DNA from: an uncultured Acidobacteriota bacterium
Lineage (GTDB): Bacteria; Actinomycetota; Acidimicrobiia; Spongiisociales; ZC4RG35
Assembly (NCBI GenBank): GCA_963828465.1
Contig: CAWHEU010000009.1
Span: forward strand, 9,318-73,317
DNA: 64,000 bases
Reading direction: 5' to 3'
Both the position numbers and the translations under genes were made by a program. The notes below the pieces were generated by a model that worked only from the letters and a program-made list of their open reading frames with translations, was not told where the DNA came from and did not search any database. The number at the start of each line of letters is the position of its first letter. Positions within the stretch are counted from its first letter, which is position 1. Shown piece after piece: positions 49,914 through 60,406 of this stretch.

Positions 49914-51142
49914 ACCCCCACCTCCTCGTAGATGGCCGGAGGGTCGAAGGCCGTATGAAGGGCCTGTACCGCCGCCTCGACATCATCAGCCCTGACCACA
50001 CAGGAGATACGGATGGTGGAAGTGGAGATCATCTCGATGTTGATGCCCGCGGAAGCCAGGGTTTCGAACACCTTGGCGGCGACGCCAGGATGTGATTTCA
50101 TCCCGGCGCCGACCAGCGAAACTTTGGCGATTTCGGCATCGACGTCGACTGACTCGGCTTCGATCTCACCCGCTACCTGCTTGGCGATCCGTTCGGCATC
50201 CACCAGGTTGGCCCTGGGAACGGTGAAGCTGATATCGGTGCTGCCGTCGTGTGACACGTTCTGCACGATCATGTCGATGTTCACCCCTGCAGCCGCCAAG
50301 GATCCGAAGAGCGCCGCAGCAACCCCTGGTCGGTCGGGAACGCGGTTCACCGTGACCTTCGCCTCGGACCGATCGTGTGCGATGCCGCTGACGATCGCTT
50401 GCTCCATCGGCGACTCGCGGACCCAGGTTCCTTCGCCGTCGTGGAACGATGACCTGACGTGGATCGGTACCTCATAGCGGCGTCCGAACTCGACCGCCCG
50501 TGACATCAGGACGCCTGCTCCCCCGGCGGAGAGCTCGAGCATCTCGTCGAACGGGATCTCCTCCAGCTTCATCGCATCAGGCACCATTCGAGGGTCGGCG
50601 GTGAAGACCCCGTCGACATCGGTGTAGATCTCGACACTGTCCGCGCCGAGCGCCGCGGCAAGGGCGACGGCGGTGGCGTCGGAACCGCCTCGTCCGAGGG
50701 TGGTTATCTCCTTCGACTCGGGATCCACACCTTGGAACCCGGCAACGATCACCACCCGGCCCTGGGCCAGGCTGTCGCGGACCCTGGTCCCCTGGATGTC
50801 GAGGATCTTGGCCGAGCCGTGGGAGGAATCCGTCAGAATGCCCGCCTGGGACCCGGTGAAGCTGACGGCGGGGATGCCTCGTGAGTTGAGGGTGATCGAC
50901 AGCAGGGCCATCGAGATCCGCTCCCCTGCGCTGAGCAGCATGTCCATCTCTCTGGGCGAGGGGTCGTCGCTCACCTCGGCGGCCAGAGCCACCAGTTGAT
51001 CCGTAGTCGCGCCCATAGCGGAGACGACCACGACAACGTCGTGGCCCTCCCGCCGTGTCGACTCGACACGGTCGGCCACGGCCTTGATCCGGGCCGCGTC
51101 CGCCAGCGAGGTTCCACCGAACTTCTGGACCACGAGGGACAT
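49910..51142 (-). CDS. ask: Aspartate kinase
   Basis: [34 protein letters not shown], two ACT domains; internal PMEQ beta-subunit start. Confidence 0.95.
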   Translation of the reverse strand: MSLVVQKFGGTSLADAARIKAVADRVESTRREGHDVVVVVSAMGATTDQLVALAAEVSDDPSPREMDMLLSAGERISMALLSITLNSRGIPAVSFTGSQAGILTDSSHGSAKILDIQGTRVRDSLAQGRVVIVAGFQGVDPESKEITTLGRGGSDATAVALAAALGADSVEIYTDVDGVFTADPRMVPDAMKLEEIPFDEMLELSAGGAGVLMSRAVEFGRRYEVPIHVRSSFHDGEGTWVRESPMEQAIVSGIAHDRSEAKVTVNRVPDRPGVAAALFGSLAAAGVNIDMIVQNVSHDGSTDISFTVPRANLVDAERIAKQVAGEIEAESVDVDAEIAKVSLVGAGMKSHPGVAAKVFETLASAGINIEMISTSTIRISCVVRADDVEAAVQALHTAFDPPAIYEEVGV

Positions 51143-51226
51143 GACCAACAGTTTGGAACGTTTCCCTGCCAAACACGAACACCGGCCTCGGGATTGCGCC
51201 GGGTCCGTGCCTAGAGTCGCTCCGCC

Positions 51227-52012
51227 ATGACCGACAGACGCAGGCGTCAGAAGGAGCAACGCGCCGCCAAGCTAGAGGCCGAGAAGAAACAGGAGGCCCG
51301 CAAGGAGCTGGGGCGCCGCCTCGGGACCGCGTTGGTGTTCGGTGTCGTGGTAGTCGGGATCGTTGTCGCCGGCGCCTATTTCGGCAGTGACGAAGGCGAG
51401 CTTCCTCAGGGGTATGCGGACTTTCGAGAGCAGCCGACCGCCTGTGGCGCCGAACAGCCGGAGCCTGAGCCTGTCCTCTCCTTTGCTGCACCCGCACAGA
51501 CCGACGTGACTGCCGAGTCCACGGTGATGGTGACCCTGGAAACCTCTTGTGGGGACATCGTCATCCAGCTCGACCCAGCCGGTTACCCGGTGACAGCCAA
51601 CTCATTTGTCTTCCTGGTAAGTGAGGGGTTCTTCGACGGGCAGGTGTTTCATCGGATCGTCCAGGATTTCAGGGTCTTCTCCGGCGATCCCGAGGCCAAT
51701 GGAAGCGGAGGTCCGGGCTACCAGATCCAGGACGAGTTCCCTGCCGACGACTTCGTGCTGGCTCCGGGGATGGTGATGATGGACAACGTGGGCAGGGGAA
51801 CCACAGGCAGTCAGTTCTTCATTCTCACCGGGGAAGCCGCTTCGGCCCTCAATCCGCAGTTCAACCTCCTCGGCGAGGTCGTATCGGGTGAGGACACGCT
51901 CGAGGCGATCGCCGGGGTCGAGACGGCGGTCCGGCCCGGATCGACAGAGCAGAGCCTCCCACTGGAGACGGTGTACATCGAACGAGCCACGGTCGACGTA
52001 ACCGACTCTTGA
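51227..52012 (+). CDS. Membrane-anchored cyclophilin-type peptidyl-prolyl isomerase
   Basis: TSCGDI, NSFVFL, FHRIV, GDP..GSGGPGY, GSQFFI. Confidence 0.88.
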   Translation: MTDRRRRQKEQRAAKLEAEKKQEARKELGRRLGTALVFGVVVVGIVVAGAYFGSDEGELPQGYADFREQPTACGAEQPEPEPVLSFAAPAQTDVTAESTVMVTLETSCGDIVIQLDPAGYPVTANSFVFLVSEGFFDGQVFHRIVQDFRVFSGDPEANGSGGPGYQIQDEFPADDFVLAPGMVMMDNVGRGTTGSQFFILTGEAASALNPQFNLLGEVVSGEDTLEAIAGVETAVRPGSTEQSLPLETVYIERATVDVTDS

Positions 52013-52048
52013 CGGTCCGGCGGGCCATCATCCTTCTCTGAGTATCAG

Positions 52049-52888
52049 ATGGCCGTCGATCTCCACACGCATTCCACGGCCTCCGACGGATCGGAGACGC
52101 CCTCCGCACTCGTCGAGATGGCTGTTCACCTGGGTCTGAGCGCCTTCGCCCTCACCGATCACGACACGCTCCAGGGGATCGACGAGGCACGTGCTTCTGC
52201 GGACAGGGCGGGGATCGATCTCATCCCCGGCACCGAGCTTTCTCTGGAGTACACAGGTGGGATGCACCTGGTCGTGCTCTGGCTGGAGCCGGGGCCGGGT
52301 CCACTCCAGGACCGGCTCGCCGGGCTCCAGTTCGGTCGCGAGGGGCGCAACGCAGCCATAGTCGACGTGCTCGCCGACCGCGGCATGCCGATCACCCTCG
52401 AGGAAGTATTAGAGGAGTCGGGCGGCGGCACCGTAGGACGACCCCACATCGCCGCCGTCATGTTGCGAAAGGGCTACGTGGAGTCGATCGCCGAGGCCTT
52501 CGAGATGTGGTTGGGGGCCGGGAAGCCCGCCTACGCCCACCGGCCACGTCTCCCACCCGAAGAGGCGATCGGTCTCGCCCGCGAGTCTGGTGGAGTGCCG
52601 GTGCTCGCCCACCCCCACACGCTCGGCATCAATCGTTCCCATGAGATGTCCGAACTCCTCGTCCGGCTCCGCTCGGCAGGGCTGGTCGGTTTGGAGGCGA
52701 CGTACTCGGCCTACCAAAGGCACGAGCGCGAGGGCTATGCGGATCTCGCCCGTCGCTTCGGACTGATCGTGTCGGGAGGGAGCGACTACCACGGTTCGTA
52801 CAAACCGAATCTCGAGCTCGGAACCGGGTACGGCGACTTGGTGGTCCCTGAAGAGGTCATGGATGAGCTCCGGGCGGCGGCAGGATGA
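52049..52888 (+). CDS. PHP-domain phosphoesterase (TrpH/YciV-like)
   Basis: DLHTHSTASDG, LTDHD, GRPHIA, LAHP, GGSDYHG. Confidence 0.9.
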   Translation: MAVDLHTHSTASDGSETPSALVEMAVHLGLSAFALTDHDTLQGIDEARASADRAGIDLIPGTELSLEYTGGMHLVVLWLEPGPGPLQDRLAGLQFGREGRNAAIVDVLADRGMPITLEEVLEESGGGTVGRPHIAAVMLRKGYVESIAEAFEMWLGAGKPAYAHRPRLPPEEAIGLARESGGVPVLAHPHTLGINRSHEMSELLVRLRSAGLVGLEATYSAYQRHEREGYADLARRFGLIVSGGSDYHGSYKPNLELGTGYGDLVVPEEVMDELRAAAG

Positions 52889-54417
52889 GCCGGCCGCTCA
52901 AGATGGGAGCGGCCGCCGCCGTGATCTCGGCGAGCATCCTCATCTCCCGTCTGCTTGGCCTGGGCCGTGAGGCTTTGCTCGCCGCCCTGATCGGGGTGAA
53001 CACCGAGGGTGATCTCTACCGCCAAGCGTTCCTCATCCCCGATTTCCTCAACTACCTCCTGGCAGGGGCCTACCTCACCATCACCCTGATCCCGATCCTG
53101 AGCCGGCATCTGGAACAGGACGATCCAGACGGGGCGAGCCGGGCATTCACCTCCGTCTTCCGATTCGTGGCCTGGGCCATCCTCGGTCTGACGACGGTGA
53201 TGTGGCTGGCGGCGGAGCCAATGGTTTCGCTCATATTCCGTAACGTGCCCGACCCGGAGAGATTGGCATCCCTGACCAGGTTGGTGCTCCCGGCCCAGGT
53301 GTTTCTGGTCATGGGCGCCCTGCTCATGGCGGTCCAATACACCCATCGTCGGTTCCTGATGCCTGCATTGGCCCCGATCGTCTACAACGTCGGGATCATC
53401 GCCGGCGGGCTGATCGGGGCGGCGATTGGCGAGCCGGGCCCGGAGGCGTTCCTGTGGGGTGCCGTCATCGGCTCTGCGGTGGGCAACTTCGGGCTGCAAT
53501 GGTTCGGGGCTCGCGCCACCGGAACCTGGCTGACTCGTGTGCCGCGCGGCACGTCATCTGTGAAGGAGTACCTGATCCTGGCGCTACCACTGATGCTGGG
53601 TCAGTCCATCGCTGTGCTCGACGAGCAGTTCGTCAGGTTGTTCGCGCAGATCGATGAGGGAGCCACCTCGGCGCTCTCCTTCGCTCGCCAGCTCAACATG
53701 GTGCCGGTCGGGGTGATCGCACAGGCGGCAGGTGTGGCCGCCTTTCCGTTCCTCGCCCGATTGGCGGCGGGAGGCAACCAGGACGAGCTGACCCGGACCA
53801 CGGGAAGGGCGGCCCGCAACACCGTATTCGTGGCGGCCGCCGCCACCGCGGCGCTGGTGGTCCTGGCCCGCCCTCTCGTCCGGCTCATCTACCAGCACGG
53901 CGAGTTCAGCGCGACCGACGGCGAGTTGGTGGCAAACCTGCTCGTGCTCTATGCATTCTCCATCCCGGCCTGGGGCCTTCATCAGATCCTGTCCCGCCAC
54001 TTCTACGCGAAGCGGATGATGTGGCGGGTGGTTCTCATCGGCACCGTAGGGACGCTTCTCGCCATCCCGGTCTGGCTCGGTCTCTACTCCACCATGGGCG
54101 TGGAGGGGTTCGCCCTCGCTTCGACTCTGGTGATGACCGCCTACGCCCTGGCCCTCCTCGTGGCCTGGGGCCTCGATGCCGGATGGGGCGCGGTGCGAGC
54201 CCTCGTCCCATCGCTGCTCAGAGGCTTGGTGGCTGCCGCACTCGCCGTGTTGTTGGCATATCCCCTGGTCAGAGCTCTATTCGACAATGGAGACCTGACG
54301 ATCTGGGAGAGTCTGGCCGCCGCCGCCTTGGGTGGCCTCACCACTCTCGCCGTGTTTCTCGGGGTCTCCTACCTGCTCCGGGCCCCCGAACTGCGGGACC
54401 TGACTCGGCAACGCTGA
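52885..54417 (+). CDS. murJ: Lipid II flippase MurJ/MviN
   Basis: SRLLGLGRE, AFLIPD, P..YN, VPVGVIAQA, HGEF, FYA. Confidence 0.88.
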   Translation: MSRPLKMGAAAAVISASILISRLLGLGREALLAALIGVNTEGDLYRQAFLIPDFLNYLLAGAYLTITLIPILSRHLEQDDPDGASRAFTSVFRFVAWAILGLTTVMWLAAEPMVSLIFRNVPDPERLASLTRLVLPAQVFLVMGALLMAVQYTHRRFLMPALAPIVYNVGIIAGGLIGAAIGEPGPEAFLWGAVIGSAVGNFGLQWFGARATGTWLTRVPRGTSSVKEYLILALPLMLGQSIAVLDEQFVRLFAQIDEGATSALSFARQLNMVPVGVIAQAAGVAAFPFLARLAAGGNQDELTRTTGRAARNTVFVAAAATAALVVLARPLVRLIYQHGEFSATDGELVANLLVLYAFSIPAWGLHQILSRHFYAKRMMWRVVLIGTVGTLLAIPVWLGLYSTMGVEGFALASTLVMTAYALALLVAWGLDAGWGAVRALVPSLLRGLVAAALAVLLAYPLVRALFDNGDLTIWESLAAAALGGLTTLAVFLGVSYLLRAPELRDLTRQR

Positions 54418-54421
54418 CTCA

Positions 54422-54622
54422 TCATCCGGGTCGGAGGATGTCCCGGGGCATGTTCGGCTCCTCGGGGCGATCCGCGAGCATCCAGGCCGGGACGGGGCGT
54501 GATGTCCCCTGGGGGGCGCGACTCGCCGCGCTCTCCTCCTCGGAGATCCGGTCGAGGACGACGGCGATCAACGCCGCCTCGAACTCGCCGGCACCACCTC
54601 TGATCTCGATGTCTCGAATCAT
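54422..54622 (-). CDS. Small acyl-CoA carboxylase epsilon-subunit-like protein
   Basis: IRG....EAALIAVV....E.......W pattern; ATGA overlap with mce. Confidence 0.45.
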   Translation of the reverse strand: MIRDIEIRGGAGEFEAALIAVVLDRISEEESAASRAPQGTSRPVPAWMLADRPEEPNMPRDILRPG

Positions 54623-55026
54623 GCGGGCAACTCCACCAGTTCGATCAACGTACCAGCGAGGTCGGCTGGATGGACGAATGCGATCCGGGTGCCCCGCCCT
54701 CCGGGGCGGGCAGCCTCGTCGACGAGTCTGGCGCCCTCCTCGCGTAGGTGCTCGAGAGCGATGTCGATCGACGCAACCGCGTAGGCGACGTGGTGCAAGC
54801 CCTCACCCTTGCTCTCGAGGAATCGGCCGACCGGGGTGTCCGCGCCAAGAGGTCGCAACAGCTGGACGAAGGAGCCTCCCACCGGGATCATCGCCTCTTC
54901 GACGCCCTGAGCTTCCACCACCTCGCGATACAGCGGCTCTACCCGGTAGCGGGTCCTGTAGCCGTCGAGCGCCAGCTCCAAGTCATGCACCGCGATGGCG
55001 ACGTGGTCGAGATTGATCAGCTTCAC
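54619..55026 (-). CDS. mce: Methylmalonyl-CoA epimerase
   Basis: DHVAIAV, QGVEEA, VQLL, GEGLHHVAY, AFVHP, GTLIELVE. Confidence 0.9.
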   Translation of the reverse strand: MKLINLDHVAIAVHDLELALDGYRTRYRVEPLYREVVEAQGVEEAMIPVGGSFVQLLRPLGADTPVGRFLESKGEGLHHVAYAVASIDIALEHLREEGARLVDEAARPGGRGTRIAFVHPADLAGTLIELVELPA

Positions 55027-55068
55027 CGACGGGAGGGTAAAGGCAGGTGCCGGTAGCATCCACCCCTA

Positions 55069-56250
55069 GTGAGCAACCCAGTCATCACCGGCTCTGCCCG
55101 GACGCCGATCGGCAAGTACGGGGGTTCCCTCGCTCCCCTCCGCGCCGTAGACCTCGGCGGCGCGGCCATAGCGGGGGCGATGGCACGCAGCGGGGTCGAC
55201 CCGGGATCGGTGGACGAGGTGCTGTTCGGCCATGTGCTGCAGGCGGGCGAGGGACAGATCACCGCCCGTCAGGCAGCCGTGCGGGGCGGCCTACCAATGA
55301 CCGTCCCATCGGTGACCATCAACAAGGTCTGCTTATCCGGCATGTCAGCCATCGGTCTTGCCGAGCGGGGCATTCGGGCCGGTGACACCAAGTTCGTCGT
55401 CGCCGGGGGGATGGAGAGCATGTCCAACGCCCCCCACGTGGTCCGGGATCTGAGATGGGGCGTGCGCATCGGCAACGCGGAGATGGTCGACGTCATGCAA
55501 CACGACGGGCTGTTCTGTGCCTTCGACCAGTGCACGATGGGAGAGTCCTCAGATCGCAAGAACCAGCGTCTCGGCATCGGGAGAGAAGAGCAGGACGCCT
55601 GGGCCGCCCGGAGCCACCAACGTGCGGCAACAGCCACCGGCAACGGCACGATGGGCGGAGAACTGGTACCCGTGACGGTCCCACAGGCAAAGGGCGAGAC
55701 CACGGTCGTCGATCGCGATGAAGGGATCAGGGAAGGATCGACGCCGGAGACGATGGCCGCGCTCCGTCCTGCCTTCGCCTCTGGCGGGACGATCACAGCC
55801 GGGAATGCATCCCAGATCTCCGACGGGGCGGCCGCCGTAGTCGTGGCCGACCGCGACGCAGCGGAAGCCTCCGGAGCACCAATACTCGCCGAGATCCTCG
55901 CTTACGGGCAGATAGGTGGTGGGGATGCCACCCTTCACGAACGGCCTGCGGAGGCCCTGCTCGTAGCGTTGAAGCGGGCTGGTATCGATGTTGCCGACCT
56001 CGACGTCGTAGAGATAAACGAGGCCTTCGCGGCCGTGGCCTTCTGGTCGGCGCGCATGCTCGACATCCCCGACAACAAGGTCAATGTCAACGGCGGCGCA
56101 ATCGCCCTCGGCCATCCGCTGGGCGCCACCGGGGCTCGATTAGTCGTCACACTGATCAACGCCCTCCAAACCCGGGGTGGGGGCATCGGGGCGGCCACCC
56201 TCTGCGGGGGCGGCGGCCAGGGCGATGCCATCATCGTCAAGGTGGGTTGA
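55069..56250 (+). CDS. Acetyl-CoA C-acetyltransferase (thiolase)
   Basis: NKVCLSG, GGMESMS, NASQISDGA, EINEAF, GHPLGATG, LCGGGGQG. Confidence 0.93.
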   Translation: MSNPVITGSARTPIGKYGGSLAPLRAVDLGGAAIAGAMARSGVDPGSVDEVLFGHVLQAGEGQITARQAAVRGGLPMTVPSVTINKVCLSGMSAIGLAERGIRAGDTKFVVAGGMESMSNAPHVVRDLRWGVRIGNAEMVDVMQHDGLFCAFDQCTMGESSDRKNQRLGIGREEQDAWAARSHQRAATATGNGTMGGELVPVTVPQAKGETTVVDRDEGIREGSTPETMAALRPAFASGGTITAGNASQISDGAAAVVVADRDAAEASGAPILAEILAYGQIGGGDATLHERPAEALLVALKRAGIDVADLDVVEINEAFAAVAFWSARMLDIPDNKVNVNGGAIALGHPLGATGARLVVTLINALQTRGGGIGAATLCGGGGQGDAIIVKVG

Positions 56251-57242
56251 TGCCCGAGCCTGTGGAACGGAATCTGGGTCTCGACGTGGTCAGAGTCACG
56301 GAAACCGCAGCAATGGGAGCGGCGCGCTGGCTGGGGCGGGGGAACAAGGAAGCCGCCGACCAGGCGGCGGTCGACGGGATGCGTCTCCATCTGTCCACAC
56401 TCGATATCGACGGGCTGGTGGTGATTGGCGAAGGGGAGAAGGACTCGGCGCCGATGCTCTACAACGGCGAGCGGGTGGGCACCGGCAAGGGCATGGTGGT
56501 CGACGTGGCGGTGGACCCGGTCGATGGGACCACTCTCACCGCATCGGGGATGCCTGGTGCCATCGCCGTGATCGCCCTCGCCGAGGGCCGGGGCACCATG
56601 TACGCCCCCGGGCCCCTGGTCTATATGGACAAGATCGCCGTCGGACCCGAGGCCGCCGGTGTCGTCGAGCTGGAAGCTCCCGTCGACCACAACCTGCGAC
56701 AGGTGGCCAAGGCCAAACGGAAAGAAGTCAACGATCTCCGGGTCCTGATCCTCGACCGGGAGCGCAACCAGCACTACATCGACGGGGTCAGGCAGGCCGG
56801 CGCCCGGATCTCGCTGATCAGGGACGGCGACGTTGCCGGGGCCATCGCCACTGCCCAGGACGACACCGCTGCCGACGTTCTGCTCGGGATCGGAGGCTCC
56901 CCCGAGGCGGTAATCGCCGCCGCCGCACTCAAGTGCATGGGGGCTGAGATCCAATGCAAACTATGGCCCCGCAACGACGACGAGAGGCGACTCGCCGTGG
57001 ATGAGGGGCTCGATCTCGACGACGTGATGGGCACCAACCAATTGGTCTCCTCCGACAACGTCTTCTTCTCGGCGACCGGGGTGACCGGTGGCGAATACCT
57101 GCGCGCCGTCGAGTTCCGACGCGAGGACCATGTGGTCACCCATTCGGTGATCATGCGGTCCAAGACCGGTTCGATCCGGTACATGGAGGCGACCCACAAC
57201 ATCGCCCAGCTCCGGCAGATCTCGGCCCGGACCCTCGACTAG
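56250..57242 (+). CDS. glpX: Class II fructose-1,6-bisphosphatase
   Basis: VIGEGEKDSAPMLYNGE, VDPVDGT, YMDK, DGDVAG, GIGGSPE, ATGVT. Confidence 0.95.
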   Translation: MPEPVERNLGLDVVRVTETAAMGAARWLGRGNKEAADQAAVDGMRLHLSTLDIDGLVVIGEGEKDSAPMLYNGERVGTGKGMVVDVAVDPVDGTTLTASGMPGAIAVIALAEGRGTMYAPGPLVYMDKIAVGPEAAGVVELEAPVDHNLRQVAKAKRKEVNDLRVLILDRERNQHYIDGVRQAGARISLIRDGDVAGAIATAQDDTAADVLLGIGGSPEAVIAAAALKCMGAEIQCKLWPRNDDERRLAVDEGLDLDDVMGTNQLVSSDNVFFSATGVTGGEYLRAVEFRREDHVVTHSVIMRSKTGSIRYMEATHNIAQLRQISARTLD

Positions 57243-57640
57243 GAGGCGCCCGCGAGGATCGAGGCCAGGTCGAGGACGATCCCGACCACGAGCAAGGCCA
57301 CGATCACAGCGATGAAGGTCGTGTAGGCCCAGCGGGCTCGGTGGTCGGCCATCCAGAACCGCCGCACACCAGAGATACCCATGACGATCGCAACGGCGGA
57401 GAGGGCGATCGTGACAGGTGCGCTCGCCGCATCGGATATGCCTATCACCGGCGCCAGGATCGGGATCAGCAGGTAGGTGATGATGCAGCGGATCCCGGAG
57501 ACCACGATGGCGGCGGTCGTCGAGCGTCGCGCTCCGAGGATTGCGTTCTTGTCGACGACATCACCGACACGCAGCAGTCGGCGCATCAAGCGGTCTGCCG
57601 CAGAGCGCTCCCGTTCTACGACCGGGCTCGGTGCACTCAT
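57239..57640 (-). CDS. Conserved small membrane protein
   Basis: [20 protein letters not shown]; 3 TMs; overlaps recR stop. Confidence 0.65.
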   Translation of the reverse strand: MSAPSPVVERERSAADRLMRRLLRVGDVVDKNAILGARRSTTAAIVVSGIRCIITYLLIPILAPVIGISDAASAPVTIALSAVAIVMGISGVRRFWMADHRARWAYTTFIAVIVALLVVGIVLDLASILAGAS

Positions 57641-58230
57641 AACTCCATCCGGCCGGCCAGGGCACGACCAAGAGTCAGCTCGTCGGCATAGTCGAGGTCA
57701 CCGCCGACGGGGAGCCCCGATGCCAGCCGTGTCACCTTGACCCCGAGCGGCTTGAGCTCGCGGGCCAGGTACATCGCAGTGGCGTCACCCTCGACGGTCG
57801 GGTTGGTGGCCACGATCAACTCTTCGATCTCCTCGCGCTCGATGCGCTCTCTGAGTTCGCCGATCCTCAACTGCCCCGGACCCACCCCGTTGATCGGTGA
57901 CAGCGAGCCGCCGAGCACGTGATAGAGGCCACGGAACTCCTGGGTGCGCTCGACGACAACGATGTCCTGGGGACGTTCGACGACGCAGACCAGCGAGTTG
58001 TCACGCCGGGTGTCGCGGCAGATCACGCACTGCTCGCCGGCCGCAACGTTGAAGCAGCGATCGCAGAGAGTTACCTGGTCTCTCATGTCGTTGATCGCGG
58101 TGGCCAGACGACGCGCGTCGGCTTCCTCGACGGCGAGGAGATGAAAGGCGAGACGCTGCGCCGTCTTCTGCCCAATACCGGGGAGACGGGACATCTCGTC
58201 GATGAGACGCTGTACCGGGCCCTCGAACAT
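57637..58230 (-). CDS. recR: Recombination mediator RecR
   Basis: [13 protein letters not shown]4 zinc finger, [30 protein letters not shown]. Confidence 0.96.
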   Translation of the reverse strand: MFEGPVQRLIDEMSRLPGIGQKTAQRLAFHLLAVEEADARRLATAINDMRDQVTLCDRCFNVAAGEQCVICRDTRRDNSLVCVVERPQDIVVVERTQEFRGLYHVLGGSLSPINGVGPGQLRIGELRERIEREEIEELIVATNPTVEGDATAMYLARELKPLGVKVTRLASGLPVGGDLDYADELTLGRALAGRMEL

Positions 58231-58553
58231 CAACCGAGCAGGCCGCCGAGGCCAAGACCGCCGGTGAGCCCTCCCAGCTCCTCTGAAGCGGCATTCGACG
58301 CGGCTTCGAAGGCTTGGCGAACCGCGGCCAGCACCAGGTCCTGAAGCATCTCCACATCGTCGGGGTCGACCACCTCGGCCGAGATGGTTATGTCCACCAA
58401 CTCCTGAGACCCGGTGACGGTGGCCACCACCATCCCGCCGCCGGCCGATCCCTCGAAAGTCCTCCCGGCCAGATCCTTCTGGGCGGCGGCTAGCTGCTCT
58501 TGCATCTTTTGTGCCTGCGCCATGATCTGACGCATGTCGGGTTGACGGTTCAT
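58230..58553 (-). CDS. ybaB: YbaB/EbfC nucleoid-associated protein
   Basis: [26 protein letters not shown]; dnaX-ybaB-recR order. Confidence 0.92.
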   Translation of the reverse strand: MNRQPDMRQIMAQAQKMQEQLAAAQKDLAGRTFEGSAGGGMVVATVTGSQELVDITISAEVVDPDDVEMLQDLVLAAVRQAFEAASNAASEELGGLTGGLGLGGLLG

Positions 58554-58572
58554 CCCTACGAACGGTAGTGGG

Positions 58573-60289
58573 CTATTCGTCCACTACCTCGGCGCCGAGC
58601 TCGGAGGCAAGGAGCGAGGTCGGGTCGGTCGAACCCGCTGGCCGCTCCTCGAGCTGGTTCATGTCGATCGTCTGCTCGGCCGTACCGTCGGCAACGCTTT
58701 CTCTGAGCCCGAATCTGACCCTCGACGGTCCCGCCGAGCAGGTCGCCCGCCCGGGTGGCGACGATGGCTGCGACCGCATCGTCCTCCTGCAGTGACTGGA
58801 GATGAAACCCGTGGGGCACCTCGAGGACGATGACATTGCCTTCGACCGCGGCGGGTACAGCCTCTCTGAAGAAGGCCCACCGTCTGGCCCCCAACACGTC
58901 ACGCAAGGATCCAAACAGACCGGGCCAGACCTTCTGCAGCTGCTCGAACGAAACATCGATGGCCGGGGCATCAGGTGCCGCCGGCTCTGGGGCCTTCTCC
59001 ACCTCACCGTTGCCGCTCTCGACCGGGGTGGTAGGCACCGCGGCCGGCGCCTCCACGACCGGTGGCGGGGCAGCAGCTTTGGCCGAAGGCTCGGGGGTTG
59101 GACCCGCTGCGCCGGCGGCCGGAACCGGGTCGGGCTTGCCCAGACGCCGCTCGATTCGCTCCACCCGTGACAGCAAGGCCTCGGCGTCGCTCGATGTCTC
59201 CGGACGGGTGAGTTTGATCAAGGCCAATTCCGTCATCAGCCTCTCCTCACGCCCCTCGCGCAGTCTGACCAGGGCGTCACCGAGGAGATCCACTGCCCGC
59301 AGTACATCGGCGGCCGACACCAGCTGTGCTGCCTTGCGCCACGACTCATAGACATCGGCCGGCTCGTCCGAGATCTCGGCAAGGTTTGGCGCGTAGTGGG
59401 CGAGGAACGCGCCCCGGAAGAAGGAGACCGACTCGGCGACGAATCTTCTCAAGTCGACACCGTCGGCGGCGAGCTCGGCCACCAACTCCAGCGCGGCTTT
59501 GGCGTCCTGCTCGGCGACTGCTTCGACCAGGCGCATGAACGCCTCGGAATCGGCCAGCCCGAGGGCCCGTCTCACCCCGGCGACATCCACCGAGCCGGCC
59601 CCGAGAGCAGCCACCTGCTCCAGTAGCGATAGGGAGTCGCGCACCGACCCGCCCGCATGGCGCGAGATGGCGATCAGGGCCGCGGGGTCGGTCTTGTAGC
59701 TCTCACGATCGGAGATGAGGCTGAGGTGACCGGCGAGCTCCTCGATCGGGACGGGGTGGAAGTCAAAGCGCTGGCTGCGGGAGCGAATCGTGTCGAGCAG
59801 CTTGTAAGGCTCGGTTGTGGCCAGAACGAAGTGGACGTGCTCAGGGGGCTCCTCGAGAGTCTTGAGCAGCGCGTTACCTGCAGCCTTCGACAGCATGTGG
59901 GCCTCGTCGAGAACAAACACCCGCTTCGACGTCGCTGAGGACGCCACCGTCGTCACACTCACCTTGATGTCCCGGATGTCATCGACGGAATTGTGCGAAG
60001 CGGCGTCCAACTCGAGGACGTCGAGGGAGGAGCCCTCGGTAATGGCGACACAGCTGGGGCACACGTTGCAGGGTGCGCCGTCGGGCCCCCGGTTCACACA
60101 GTTGAGTGCCTTCGCCAGGATCCGCGCAGTGGTCGTCTTGCCGGTGCCACGGGGCCCCGTGAACAGATAGGCATGGGCCACACGCCCGTCGGCTACCTCC
60201 CGTGCCAGCGTGGTGGTGACGTGGCCCTGACCGATGACGTCATCGAAGGTCTGGGGCCGGTACTTGCGATAAAGGGCCTGGTACTCCAC
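58573..60289 (-). CDS. dnaX: DNA polymerase III subunit gamma/tau, apparent extra base at ~58720
   Basis: ALYRKYRPQTF, GPRGTGKT, ELDAAS, DEAHML, LLKTLEEP, TIRSR; true C-terminus ...LASELGAEVVDE in frame ending 58573. Confidence 0.93.
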
Positions 60290-60406
60290 CGACTCCTACG
60301 GTAACCGCGGCGTGGGACATGGGACAGGGCGATGGAGGTCGGGGACGAGGGCGCGCCAAGACTATTCGTGTTCATTTGCCCCGCCGAACCGTCGATACTT
60401 GCCCAC

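Noticed and set aside
58700-58740. Programmed frameshift in dnaX giving gamma/tau
   Set aside because: No A-run slippery site, the break is only ~48 codons from the end, and it resembles the other G-run indels
60290-60406. SRP RNA (ffs), often upstream of dnaX
   Set aside because: Conserved CAGG...GGAAGCAG domain IV motif is absent
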